A stretch of 64,000 nt of DNA, from the NCBI GenBank assembly GCA_946965045.2, contig OX337241.1, positions 2,728,001 to 2,792,000 of the forward strand, given 5' to 3'. Below, in pieces: positions 33,174 to 44,727 of this stretch. The notes beneath the pieces are model-generated. The model saw nothing but the letters and a program-made list of their open reading frames with translations, ran no database searches and was not told the origin of the DNA. A program made the position numbers and the translations under genes. The stretch comes from Epithemia pelagica (taxonomy: Eukaryota > Protista > Bacillariophyta). Position 1 is the stretch's first letter, and each line of letters starts with the position of its first letter.

Positions 33174-34343
33174 TCAATCGTTTAAGAGTCGACGACGAGA
33201 TGGTGCAGGATCTCCGTTGCCCGATCTTTCATGACAATGATACCATTCAATCCAAGGCTGCTGGCAGAGTTGACGAAAACACCATGTATTCTTGTCCATT
33301 AGTGGTAATGTCGCAGAGGACGGATTGCCCATTCCACCAATCACTGCCATTTGATCCGCCAGAGTCACTGCACTGCAGCCATCGCGCCTTTTCTTTCCCA
33401 ATAGCGGGAGATTCCACACGCAGTTGCGGTTCGTATCCAAGACATCCACAGTTTGATTGGCTACCCCTCCCGCCACCACCAGACAGGATCCCACAGTCAC
33501 CACGGCACAAGAACTTCGTGCTCTGGAAAGCACCACCTCAGAATGAGTGATCCACGTGGACGAGAAAGAAATGAATGTTGAACCACTCTCCTCCTTTGTA
33601 TCCTCATTGTCACAAGGTGTTGCATAGTCCAAATACTCCACCGAGTCAAGAAAGGCGCCCTCGTTATAGCCTCCAACGACAAAGATGCGGTGGCCAGCGA
33701 CTGCACTGGCACAAAATGATCGGGGAACATTCATGGATGGCCCGGCAGTGACAGTATGATTGCTGGTGTCAATAATCTCAACCGAGGACAACCAGTGTGA
33801 GTTCCATCCCCCCAGTACAACAATGTATTGATTGTTTACCGCCACAGCACAACAACCACATCGTCGCGTTGATAACCGGCATGTCAATGTCGTCCAATGA
33901 CTCTCATGTGTGCTCCTTGTTGTGGAAAGTGATTTCAGCAAATTGTTGGCATCCATTCGTTCCATACAATCTAACACTGGATTTTCACGATTCCATCCTC
34001 CCATCACGTAGATGCCTCCGTTGCACACAACAGCGGCATGTTCCTCACGGCTCTTGTTCATGGTCGGCCCTTCTCGCCACTGCTTGTTTGATTCAGATAA
34101 GTTCAATACTAGAACGGAACTGGTGGGCCCTTGGCCTTGCTGATTTCCGCCCATCACGACAACCGTTTGTCCCTTGTGGTTGCGATTGTCGTCCTTATTA
34201 TCGCGATGATCGAGTACGACTGACGCATGAAAGTCTCGCGCTCCACCCTCGAGAGGAGGCCAATCGTTTTCGTCCCATTCTACTCTCTCGTCCGATAAAA
34301 CAAGGCCCGACTGCCATGCTTGTTGTTTCAGAGTCATGGTCAT
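33174..34343 (-). CDS. Kelch-repeat-only protein, paralogue 3
   Basis: ATG 34343 (MTMTLKQQAW); kelch motifs as in the other paralogues. Confidence 0.9.
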   Translation of the reverse strand: MTMTLKQQAWQSGLVLSDERVEWDENDWPPLEGGARDFHASVVLDHRDNKDDNRNHKGQTVVVMGGNQQGQGPTSSVLVLNLSESNKQWREGPTMNKSREEHAAVVCNGGIYVMGGWNRENPVLDCMERMDANNLLKSLSTTRSTHESHWTTLTCRLSTRRCGCCAVAVNNQYIVVLGGWNSHWLSSVEIIDTSNHTVTAGPSMNVPRSFCASAVAGHRIFVVGGYNEGAFLDSVEYLDYATPCDNEDTKEESGSTFISFSSTWITHSEVVLSRARSSCAVVTVGSCLVVAGGVANQTVDVLDTNRNCVWNLPLLGKKRRDGCSAVTLADQMAVIGGMGNPSSATLPLMDKNTWCFRQLCQQPWIEWYHCHERSGNGDPAPSRRRLLND

Positions 34344-35190
34344 GGTTCCAAACGGTGACTGTAGATTAATGAGGATCAAGACACACTGTACTGTGAGAGG
34401 TTCTTAGGTTGGCTGCTGCTCTGATGGGTGCGGACTGGAAGCACGACTGACTTGCCGAAATGGATGGATCTTATCACGAGCGATGGGTAGCTTTCGTCAC
34501 GAGACAAACTGTGACAGTAATAGTCACACCAAAGGAAGAACCCCACGCGGAAGGTGTTGGATGATATCGAAATAATCTGCTCGCGGCGAGACAAACAACT
34601 AATCCTTTCAAAATTCGCAGATCAAGAAAGTATTGGTGCGATTCGTTTGCATCATTTTGTGGTTGTGGTAAAGCTCCACAGTCTGTCTGGTTGTTGGTTC
34701 CCAACGAATAAGCAACAACACTGCAGAGGCCGTGGATGGAGAGACATGGGTAGTTTTGCACGTCGGGGAAGGAATTTGCTTGAATGAGACGGTGATTCAA
34801 CCGGTTGTTGTTGGCGCTGCTCTTGTTGTTTCATCCTGCAAGTACTGCTGGTCGTGAGTTCAATATCGTAGTGTTGTACAAGGTGATTCGACCTGTTGTT
34901 GTTCCATCCTGTGATTAGTACTGCTGGCGGTCGGTGCAATGCCTCAGCATTCCAGATGACTATGGCTGTCTATCATTGTCGTAATACGACTTGTCCGGTC
35001 ATTGTTGTTTGCCAGTCCCTCCCAGCGAGTTTCAATTTGTAGAACCCCAGCGGCGCAATACAAAGGACTAGGGCCCTGCTGCTACCGGGTCACGACATGG
35101 CTTGCTAATACGATGCATGCAAACGGTAACAGGACGACGGTTTGTTTGTCTCTCGTTGCTGCTGTTGCTGTTGTTGTTGTGTGGTGTTCG

Positions 35191-35276
35191 TGTTGTGCTT
35201 AGTATCGGAATGATTGAGTACGACCGTAGTCGTCATGCTAGGGTCGTACTTAATCATCCCGATAATAAGGACGACA
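35191..35276. other. Kelch-derived hairpin A (40-nt arms, 6-nt loop), candidate small-RNA precursor
   Basis: Arms 35191-35230 and 35237-35276 pair with 33 WC, 3 G:U and 4 mismatches on the + transcript. The right arm matches kelch-3 sense sequence (34182-34229). Confidence 0.6.
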
Positions 35277-35909
35277 ATCATTGCGCTACATTTCAGTAAA
35301 GCGGTAAAAGGACCGTAGCCATCGTAGCTATTATACTCCAATGAACACAAAACTCACAAGAACGCGTGGAAGCTGTTTGACCTTTTGTGGTGTCTGTCAT
35401 GCGTCCACAGAAAGGAGATCGCACATAAACTACATGACAGAAAGCAGATCTTTTTTGTGTCCATCCAAAGCTTTCTCGCTCTATAAAATCAATGGTTCTC
35501 CCCTCTATGTATGCATGGAGATGGTAGATTCATGTCCCTCTTTACAAAGACAACGTTGTGCCGGAGGTATCCTTCTTCCTGACACAACAACACAACAGTA
35601 ACAACAAGTCCAAAAGGTCACAGCCGCTCGGTACGTTGAAAAACAAGAGTTGAATCGTTCTCTGTCTCGTTCTACTATTAGTTTTACAAGGAAACCTACA
35701 TTGGATACTCATCTCTCGTCTCTTTCACAGGATTGTCCTTCTCTTGTTTAACAAAAACAGACTGCAGTATGATTCGTTGGGAACGGAACATGGTCAGATC
35801 CGATCCAGTCCTGGTATTGGTTGCTACACAGGGTGATGTTGTCTGATGCTGCACACAGGGATAGTAGCGTTGTCGTGGTGGTGGTGGTTGATGGTATACC
35901 GAATGCACA

Positions 35910-38900
35910 CTAGGTCGAAACGACCCAGACACCACCCAATCCGTGCGAGAGGAGAGCGAGACTTTCGGGCGATTCCACGACAAACAAGAAACAGACACGC
36001 GAATTGCGCCATTCCGACTGCGCCGAACAAAACCATTCGGCCACAACTGCTTCCGTCGACCACTGCTCCAATACGACCAACCATTCATGGGGCGTCGGTG
36101 GCAAGGCTTCCAAGACGGCCAAGACATGATCGGAGGCATTCGTAGTCTTGTGGTTGTTGGTGGTGCTGCTGCAGAGTTCCGTACGCGGCACAAAGGTGGT
36201 TGTGGTGGACGTCCAACACTCTTGGACGACCGTGTTGTAATCGTGCAACAAGGTTTCGGCGGAACTGGCATTGAGGGGCAAGACATCGCGATGGGGAGCG
36301 GCTTGTTTCCAGGCATGGGCAATGGAGCGAGCAATGCTGCGACACGAAGTAGTCGTGGTGGACGTGTCCTGACTTGTTGTCAATGCCACGGGAAAGCCCA
36401 CAAAGTCCAACTTTTCCAAGACGGAATTCAACACGGTCGGTTCCACGGCAATGACACCATTGGTTTCATCCAATTGAGGAATGCCGGGAGGAGGAAAGAC
36501 GACGGCCTTCTTTTGTGTAAGTTGCCGTGATGGTTCGGGAACAGGTACTGTCATGGTTGTGGTGGCAACAAGACTTGGTTCCTTGTTGTTGTTGTTGTCC
36601 TTGTCGTCGTTCTTGTCCAGTGGCACGATCGGGTCCGATTGATGGGTGGGTTCCTCTGGGACTTGGTTTGGGGGCACAGCACTGTCCTTGTTGCTAACGT
36701 CATTCTCAGACGAAATGTCCTTTGGTGACGACGTTGCCGGGGTCGGTGTCGTGGGCTGTTCCACTTGCAAGGTATCGTAGCCCAGAGGGTCTTGCAAAAA
36801 GTGTTGCGGCGTCTGACCCTGGCCATCGGCTTCCGTCAAGAGAGCGGGAAACTTGGTGGTCAAGAATTGAACGCATCCCGTCGCATGGGCTTGACAGGCC
36901 AAATGAATCGGCAAGATACCCTGCGCATTGCATTGCTGCGCCAATTCGGGAGCCAATTCGACCAACAATCGTACCACCTCCAAGGACGAGGCGACATCCT
37001 CCTCCTCGGCCGTCTCCTCCTCCATGACGGGTGCTTGAACTGCCGACCGTGTCGATTTGTCATCGTCGTCGTCATCTTCCTTGGGCCATTCCGGTTTGAC
37101 GTCACACTCCAAGTGCAACAAGGTATTGCGATTGACATGCGTCAGCAGGTAGAGGAAGGCATTGCGATTGGTGCGTGAAGATGACTCCTCCACAATGGAC
37201 AAAGTGTTGTTGGTGGTCGTCATGCCAGAATTGGACGCCGCCTCGGTCTTGTCAATCAAGAATTCCACAACATCAAGCGACGCGCGATGAGCACAGGCCG
37301 AATGCAAGGGCAACCACCCTTGATGATTGGCAATCACTTGGGGAGGTGGTGTACAATCGGCCAAGGCGACAAAGAGTTGGACCGCTTGGAGGGATGGTTT
37401 GTGACTGCACAAGACATGAAGGGGACGATTGCCAATGGCATCGACCGGCTCTTGCAAGATCCATGGTACGCTTTGCAGGGTTTCTTGGGTGCGACGCAAA
37501 TTTAGGGCTTGCGCATCACGGCAGGTGCGATGAAATTGATGCAACTCTTCTTCCTTGTCTTCCCAGGACTCGGATGCCGATAGCAATTTGTCTTGTGTGG
37601 GTTTCTGGGACGAGGTTCCCGGCTGTCCAGGAGTACCACCACCACCCGATGCTGGTGTGGTGGCAGTGCTGGCCCCGGTTCCTCGTGGTGTCGTCGTCAT
37701 GGAAGCGGAATTGGAATGATTGGCCATGGACAAGTTGTAATTTTGCTTGTGTCGAGAGGATCCGAGCACCAAGGTTCGCGGCATGTGCGATCGTGGTGTC
37801 GGTCCCTTTCCTGCTCCTCCGGCAGGAGTCCCACGTCGGCTGCTGCTGCCACGAAAGAGACGTTTGAGCAAGCTCTTTTTGCGTCCTCCTTCCGATGCTC
37901 CTCCTCGTGTTTCGGTATGATAGGACGATACCTCGTCCTCGACGGGTGCGGCGGGGGAAAACAACCGACGACCACTACTACTCTTTTCCCGTCCTACACT
38001 GCGTCCTCGACTGTAACTGGCTTCGCGCTGTCGACGACTCGTGGTACTTGTTGTGTTGGCCGTTTGGATACTGCGCGTGCTGCTTTTGCGACTGCGCGTA
38101 CTTCGAGTACTGCGCGTACTTTTGGTGCTTCGGGAACTCCGATTGCTCTTGTTGATGCCCACGGACCAATCGTCGTCGCCACCACCCGTCAAGAAGCCAC
38201 TCAAGGACCGATTGCTGAAGCGACGCAAAAATTGTCGACCTCCACCAGTCGGAGCAGCATCCTCCGAGGAATCCAGAACGACGGGGGCCGAAATGCCAAA
38301 GGATTCGCAAATGTCCAAGCCACTGCCCCCGGAAACGAGGAGCATGGAAAGTTGGGGAATGGTCACGAGGGAACAGCCACATTGGACATGAGCCAGATCC
38401 GGCAAGCTCCAGACGACGTTGCGTTGGGGATCACCACTTGGACGGACGACAAGTGCGAATGGCCATTGTCTTCTCCACCGGCCACCACCAAACAGTGTCC
38501 CAAGACGGTCAGTCCGTGTCCACACCGTGCCACTGGCAAGGACAAGTCCGGTCGTTCCTTCCAGGCAAAGGAGGCAAAGAGCGCGCGAAAGGGATCCTTG
38601 TTTCGTTTGGGAGGCGGTGTGGCATGAAATTCCAAACTGGCCACGGAATTGGTGCACGTGTTATCCTCCCGGCGGCCCCCGACAATCCAAATTTCGTTCC
38701 CCACCACAGCGGCGCCAAACCGACGACGATCAATCGACATGGGGGGACCCGGTACAACGGCTGCCAAATTGCTCGTGCCACCGGACGACAATTCTTGGTC
38801 TCGGGCCAGGTGGGTATCGACAATGTCGACCGAACAATCATTTTGCGCTCCACCGCCCATGACAATAATATAGCGGTTGTGAACCGAGACGGCGGCACAT

Positions 38901-39982
38901 CCGGACCGGGGCATGGACAAGCGGCAGAACAAGCGGGTCCACACGGGTGTCGCTGCGGACGACGACAAGGACGGATCGTGGGCTGTCGTTGTGCCGGTAC
39001 TCTTGTGAGAGGCGACGGATTGATCGTCGCTCATCATGGCAGAAGAATTCAGTACCATGGCATCCGTCATGGCACCACCCGTCACCAAGGCGGTATAATC
39101 GACCGTGAGGTATTCCAGCGTATCCAAACTGGCCGTCCCATTCATGCCTCCAATGGCATAGAGGGCAGCGGCAGCAGCACCACCACCACACCGAACCGTG
39201 GCAAAGTTGGTACGGGCCTGCGTCATGCTCGGACCGGCTCGCACAAATTGACGCTTGGCCGGATCCAAGACCACGGTCGAAGCCGTGGCGGCGCCTTCTT
39301 GGTATCCACCGAGCAAGAGGACCAAAGTGTCGGGAAAGTTGGTATAGGGACGTTGTTTGGTATTGGTCGTGCCGGCTGGCACGGGTGGAGATGTGTCGTA
39401 CTCGTCGTCTGGTTCCATGTCGTACAGGTAATCGGATCGATGCAAGACGAGGGAGGAATGGTACCAGCGCCATCCCCCCAAAATGGGCGGCCAGGCATCA
39501 ATGTTCCATTCGGCCGCCGCCGCCGCATCCCGTCCTCCTCGTGACGAAGAGTTTCGGGGGGATGGTACGGTCATGCCCGACAAGGCGGCATGTTCCCGCC
39601 ACGACAAGGAACTCGGCGGAATGGGGGCAGTGACCATGCCTTCGCCCATGCCACCGGTATCTCCGTAGCCGTAGGGATTGCAATCGTCTTGCAGTGCTGG
39701 TTCTTTGTCTGGTCGTTGTTGTGGTGGTGGTTGGTGGGCCACCACTCCTGGATTGGGTTGCACTTCTCCTGGATACAATTGCAACGAATTGGGTCGTTGC
39801 AATTCGCCGGGCACCACGTGCCGAATTTCTTGTTTTTCCTCTGGTTCGTGGGTGAGATGGCCCGAGGGATGATGATCACTCCAATTGTCCTCTCCCTGTT
39901 CCAATTCCTCACTCATGTCAAACGTCAAGGCACTGTCGTGCATGGGGTGGTGATTCGGATGCGGATCTTGAACCGACAACAT
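35910..39982 (-). CDS. Kelch - disordered linker - ankyrin repeats - degenerate NB-ARC-like protein (~1357 aa), one -1 frameshift at ~38433
   Basis: The kelch ORF 38363-39982 continues as (V)DPQRNVVWSLPDL...CSLV in ORF 35910-38657. Ankyrin motifs GNRPLHVLC, GWLPLHSAC and GILPIHLAC at ~36800-37450. The C-terminus has LNASSAETLLHDY...EWLVVLEQW...GGVWVVST. Confidence 0.7.
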
Positions 39983-40790
39983 GATGATAATGATGGAACA
40001 CTGTCACGAAAGTCAAAGCGTTTCGTGGTTGGACTGTTGGTTCGACCGCACCGAAACTGAGAACCGAAACGCCAAACTTTGTATCTCTAGAAAAGAGCTC
40101 CTGAATTTTGTGGGAGTGTGTGTTCGACGACGAACCGACCACACACACACACACCTCTTCTCTGTGAGTTTGACAGGGACACATCCGGACAAGACACACG
40201 GAGTTGACAAACAAGGTCGTCGCTGGATTGGGAATCCGCAGTTCGACGACGAGGACGAGAGGAGTGTCTTGGGGGCGGAGGGTTCTTTCGGCACTCGTTG
40301 TTCCAGTTCTCGAGCAAGGTTCGAGTCGAACTCCCCCACCAATCGTTCGACAGGAGCGGTTCCGGATGGACCTGCCCAAAAGATTCGTTTCGTCATTTTG
40401 TGAGAATCTTTCTCAGCGTTGAAACTTGAAACACAGTTTTGTGGCCGGATTGTTCGGGAATACACAATGCTGGGTCGGTTTGTATTGCCTGGGGGTTCTC
40501 CATCTCATTGAGTTTTGCCTCTTGTCTATAGCCCGTTCGATGGGCAATGATTCAAGCTTGCGCAAGTCGCGACGGGCAGACGGAAAAGGAACCCTCTACG
40601 AGCGACCCCAAGGCGTCTCATCTGCTGGCGAATTTGAAAACTACCCCTCCCAAGGATCAAAACTAGGATAGCTAGAGGAGTACCGACCAACGATGGTTAC
40701 GGTCCTTTTACCGGTTTACTGAAACCAGGACCATAACACAAGCAGGGGAGTCGGGCCTTGTCGTCCTTTTGTGCGAGACACCGCAATGAT

Positions 40791-40890
40791 TGTCGTCCTT
40801 CTAGTATCGGGATGATTGAGTACGACTGTATCATGGCGAGAGAGGCATGCTACAATCGTACTCAATCATTTCGATACTAGAAGGACGACA
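40791..40890. other. Kelch-derived hairpin B (45-nt arms, 10-nt loop), candidate small-RNA precursor
   Basis: Arms 40791-40835 and 40846-40890 pair with 41 WC, 2 G:U and 2 mismatches on the + transcript. The sequence matches the kelch ASVVLDH.D..DDN coding segment. Confidence 0.65.
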
Positions 40891-41726
40891 CTCACAACAA
40901 CAACAGCAACAGGCAACAGCAGCAACAAGAGACAAACCGTCGTCGAGTTACCATGTACATGCACCGTATGAGCAAGCCATGTCGCAACACGGCAGCAACA
41001 GCAGGGCCCTAGTCCTTTGGATTGCTGGGGTTCTATTATTTGAAACTCGCTGGGAGGCACACCACGACGCTAATAGGACGACCCATGACGAGAATTGTAG
41101 GATGACGAGGAATCGGAGGAAATGGAATGCCCGGACCAGTAGTACTACGACAATGGCAGACAGCACAGTCATTCAGAACACTGAGGCATTGTGATCACAT
41201 TGCACCGAGGACCAGCAGTACTATAATCACAGGATGGAACAACAACAGGTCGAATCACAATCCCTCCACAGTGTTGCTTATTCGTTGCGAACCAACAACC
41301 AGACAGACTGTGAAGCCTTTTCAATGCATGGTTGGAACACGACACTATACAGTACTCTACTGCCCATTGCAAGTGGCATGCGCACCCACCACAAACTGAC
41401 TGGAACGAATCGCACCAATCCTGCCATTTCTGTTCTGAGACTCGTGCAAGGATACCAGTGGTTGTCTCTCTCGCCGTAAGAATTTTATTTCGATATCCAG
41501 TCACTTCCACGGTCTTTGGAATTCATAGGATGCGTGGTCTTCTTCAGTGCGTGACTATATACGGTCACGAGTTGTCTCGTGACGAACCTCTTTTCTAGAT
41601 CCATCCATTTCGTCAAGTCAGTCCGTACCCATCAGAGCATTACCGCAGCAAGCAGCAGCAAACCCAAAACCCTCTCACAATACAGCTTCTCGATCCTCAT
41701 CAGCTCTGCAGTCAACGCTTGGAACC

Positions 41727-42884
41727 ATGACCATGACACTGAAAGATCAAGCATGGGAGTCGGGGCTTATTTTATCGGACCAGACACCTGAATGGAATGA
41801 AAACGATTGGCCCCCTCTTGTAGGTGGATGGCGTTCGCATCATGCATCGGTTGTACTCGATCATACGGTCGTCGTGTTGGGTGGATACAAACATTTGCAA
41901 CATAATGTCAATTCCGTTCTTGTATTGAATTTAGCTAAACCAGACAAGCAGTGGCGACAAGGGCCATCCATGAACAAGAAACGTTCTGGACATGCCGCTG
42001 TTGTGTGCAACGGAGGTATATACGTGATGGGAGGATTCAATGGATATTCAAAGTTGGATTGTATGGAGCAAATTGATGCCAACGATTTGCTACAACCATT
42101 GTCGACATCAAGCATCACGCATGAGAGTCATTGGACGAAATTGAAATGCCGATTATCAACGGGACGGAATGGATGTTGTGCCGTTACGGTGAAGAATCGA
42201 TACATTGTTGTACTGGGGGGATGGGATGGAGGGCACAGGTTGTCGTCGGTGGATATCATTGATACCAGCAATCACACTGTCATTGCGGGACCAAATATGA
42301 ACGTTCCACGTAAATGGTGTGCCAGTGCGGTCGTTGGCCACCGCATCTTTGTCGTTGGAGGCTCGACAGTAGAGTATTTGGACTTTGCAAGGCCTAGTGA
42401 CAATGCGGAGAGAAACGACACTCTGTCTACATTCATTTCCTCCTTGTCTGGTTGGACGACTCACTCTGATCTGGTACTTTCGGCCTCGCGAGATTCTTGT
42501 GCAGTGGTTACCGTGGGATCCTGTCTGGTGGTGGCGGGAGACGATCAAACTGTGGAAATCTTGGATACGCATCACAGCCGAATGTGGAATCTTCCACCAT
42601 TCAAGAATGGTCGTGCAGACTGCTCTATGGTGACTGTAGCCGATCAAGTTGCGGTCATTGGTGGATGGCATAATCCATCCTGTGCGACATTACGACTCAT
42701 GGACAACAATACGTGGTGCTTTCGTCAACTCTGTGACCAGCCTCGGATTGAATGGTATCATGGTCTGGAACGATCGGGCAACGATGATGTCAATGATACA
42801 TTCTCCACCATCTCGTCGTCGACTTTTAAACGATTGAGGACCTTTGATTATTGTGATTGTGACAAAGGGAAGGATGACAGTTGA
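41727..42884 (+). CDS. Kelch-repeat-only protein, paralogue 4
   Basis: 385-aa ORF starting MTMTLKDQAWESGL; inverted counterpart of paralogue 3. Confidence 0.9.
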   Translation: MTMTLKDQAWESGLILSDQTPEWNENDWPPLVGGWRSHHASVVLDHTVVVLGGYKHLQHNVNSVLVLNLAKPDKQWRQGPSMNKKRSGHAAVVCNGGIYVMGGFNGYSKLDCMEQIDANDLLQPLSTSSITHESHWTKLKCRLSTGRNGCCAVTVKNRYIVVLGGWDGGHRLSSVDIIDTSNHTVIAGPNMNVPRKWCASAVVGHRIFVVGGSTVEYLDFARPSDNAERNDTLSTFISSLSGWTTHSDLVLSASRDSCAVVTVGSCLVVAGDDQTVEILDTHHSRMWNLPPFKNGRADCSMVTVADQVAVIGGWHNPSCATLRLMDNNTWCFRQLCDQPRIEWYHGLERSGNDDVNDTFSTISSSTFKRLRTFDYCDCDKGKDDS

Positions 42885-44412
42885 AATGTGCAACAGCTTA
42901 CACGGCCAAGAGCCCGGAAACTAGATCATGGGCCATTATACTCTCATACAAAAGAGGAGATCGTGGCAGTTCTTAATTACATTATGACTCATATATTTTT
43001 AGGTTAAGTAATTCGACAGCAAGTCCTTACATGTTTGAAGCACCACCTTATAGCATATGACCGCACATGAATTTCTTTCCGATGCGATGGCGTCTGTGAC
43101 AGTCGAACCCATCCGCCATGGTCAGCTATCCTTGTAGCAAATAATGAGATTTTACAGCGTCTGCTGTCATTTCTGGCAATCACACTTGGGTGGATGGCCA
43201 TGGTACCGCTCCTCTCTTTGGTGTTGAACACTCTCTGGTCTTGAATAGAATGAATCATCTTTCGACGGTTTTTGATGGTCTCGTTGCATCTTTGGGACGT
43301 GGAAGGAACGGCCTGAATTGTGTCTCGATCGAAAGCATTCATTCGTTCCAATTTCTGGAAATTGCCAGAAAGAGAACCAAACGGGATGCCTCTTCAAACG
43401 GGATGCCTCTTGTGCATGCGAGGATTTTGTTGTTTTGGTGCTGCTGGTGGATAGAGAATCCTGATTTTACAGCTCTTGCCGTGCTCTCCTTCATGATAGA
43501 GTTTTTGGGTGTTGTTGTCATTATTGTAGCGCAATCGAAGGACTGTGTGGTCTTTACTCCTTGGCTCCATGAACTTTGCTCGCTTCCACCGCGCACCATG
43601 AGAGTCTCCATATCTGTCCGTGCCTTGGTTTGGCGTGTGGCTCCTATGTTCGATGAATCGCGGACAAAATGACGAAACGGGCGGATCCAAAGGTCCGATG
43701 CTGATGCATCATACCAAATGGGCATTGTAGATGTCGTTGTAGTGGTGCCATTGTCGCTTTTGACTCGTGTTTTGTTCTTATGAAGGGTCATCGTTGGTTC
43801 CTCTTTCTTGGTGTCAATGTCTTTGCGGAGCCCCAAATCTGTCGACGCGGTAAATATAAGGCGATGCTACAATTCCCAAGGCCGTGCTGGTGGTGGCCCT
43901 TGTTCCAAATAACCGACTGGTTGTGGTTGTTGTCATTTGGTCTACAAGTTATTGATGCGTCGATCGAAACCATTCATTTGCTAATATTGAAAATAGCAAG
44001 AAGGAGGACAAAAAGGATGCCTGTTGTGCATGTGACGTTTGTTGTTGTTGTCGTTGCTGGTGGGTGTAGTCGTCATCATCGTAGTGCAATCGAGTGACTA
44101 CACGGTTTGCACCTGTCCGCCACAAACCATGGGTTTTGACATTTGTTGGTGTTCCTTATTTTGGCTTGGTTCATGGTCGTGTCCGATGAATCCGACAAAA
44201 GAACGTCTCCACACTTCTCCTCCCCTTGCAATCAACATTGCCATTGAACGATCATGTGTGGGGAAACCGAAGTGCATGGTTGGTGTGTAGAGGACGGATC
44301 ATCACCACTGCACTTTTGTGTTGATGATTGAGTAAGGTACTTGCGGAGGATTCTGGTTATCATGATGGCTTTTCGCGGTCCGTGCAAGGGTGCTTCTTCT
44401 TGGAAATCCTGG

Positions 44413-44692
44413 TGTTGGAACCTATTGTGGCCTGACTGATGGTCGCCCTTATAACGGTCGGGATTAGCGCTGTGGCCTCTATAACGGTCGGGATTAGCGC
44501 CTTGGGATTCGACTACTGGGGAAACTATGTACGGGATCAGGTCATATGAATGGGAGTCGAAATAGGTCTTACTCCCACGGGGACACAAACAAACACAGAA
44601 TACGATTAGGATAACGAAAACAAAATATTAGTAATGAGATCATAAGTTTGGGAAAAGAAAACCTAATAGGCCAGTCTTAAAGTGTTCTAGCA
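44413..44692 (+). repeat. 5' LTR
   Basis: tgttggaacc...gttctagca. No difference from the 3' LTR by eye. Contains an internal tandem tataacggtcgggattagcgc x2. Confidence 0.97.
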
Positions 44693-44727
44693 CGCTTCGA
44701 AGCGAAAGGAGATCGCTCGAGACAACA

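Larger units (their letters stand above)
31810..35345. repeat. Left arm of large inverted duplication (partner ~40680-44145)
   Basis: Collinear reverse-complement matches throughout, e.g. 31820-31900 vs 44050-44135, 32150-32300 vs 43690-43860, kelch 3 vs kelch 4, and 35100-35340 vs 40680-40980. Confidence 0.85.
40680..44145. repeat. Right arm of large inverted duplication
   Basis: Reverse-complement partner of 31810-35345 (see the left arm). Confidence 0.85.

Noticed and set aside
38438-39544. 368-aa plus-strand ORF opposite the kelch domain
   Set aside because: Antisense to a well-supported gene; no motif.
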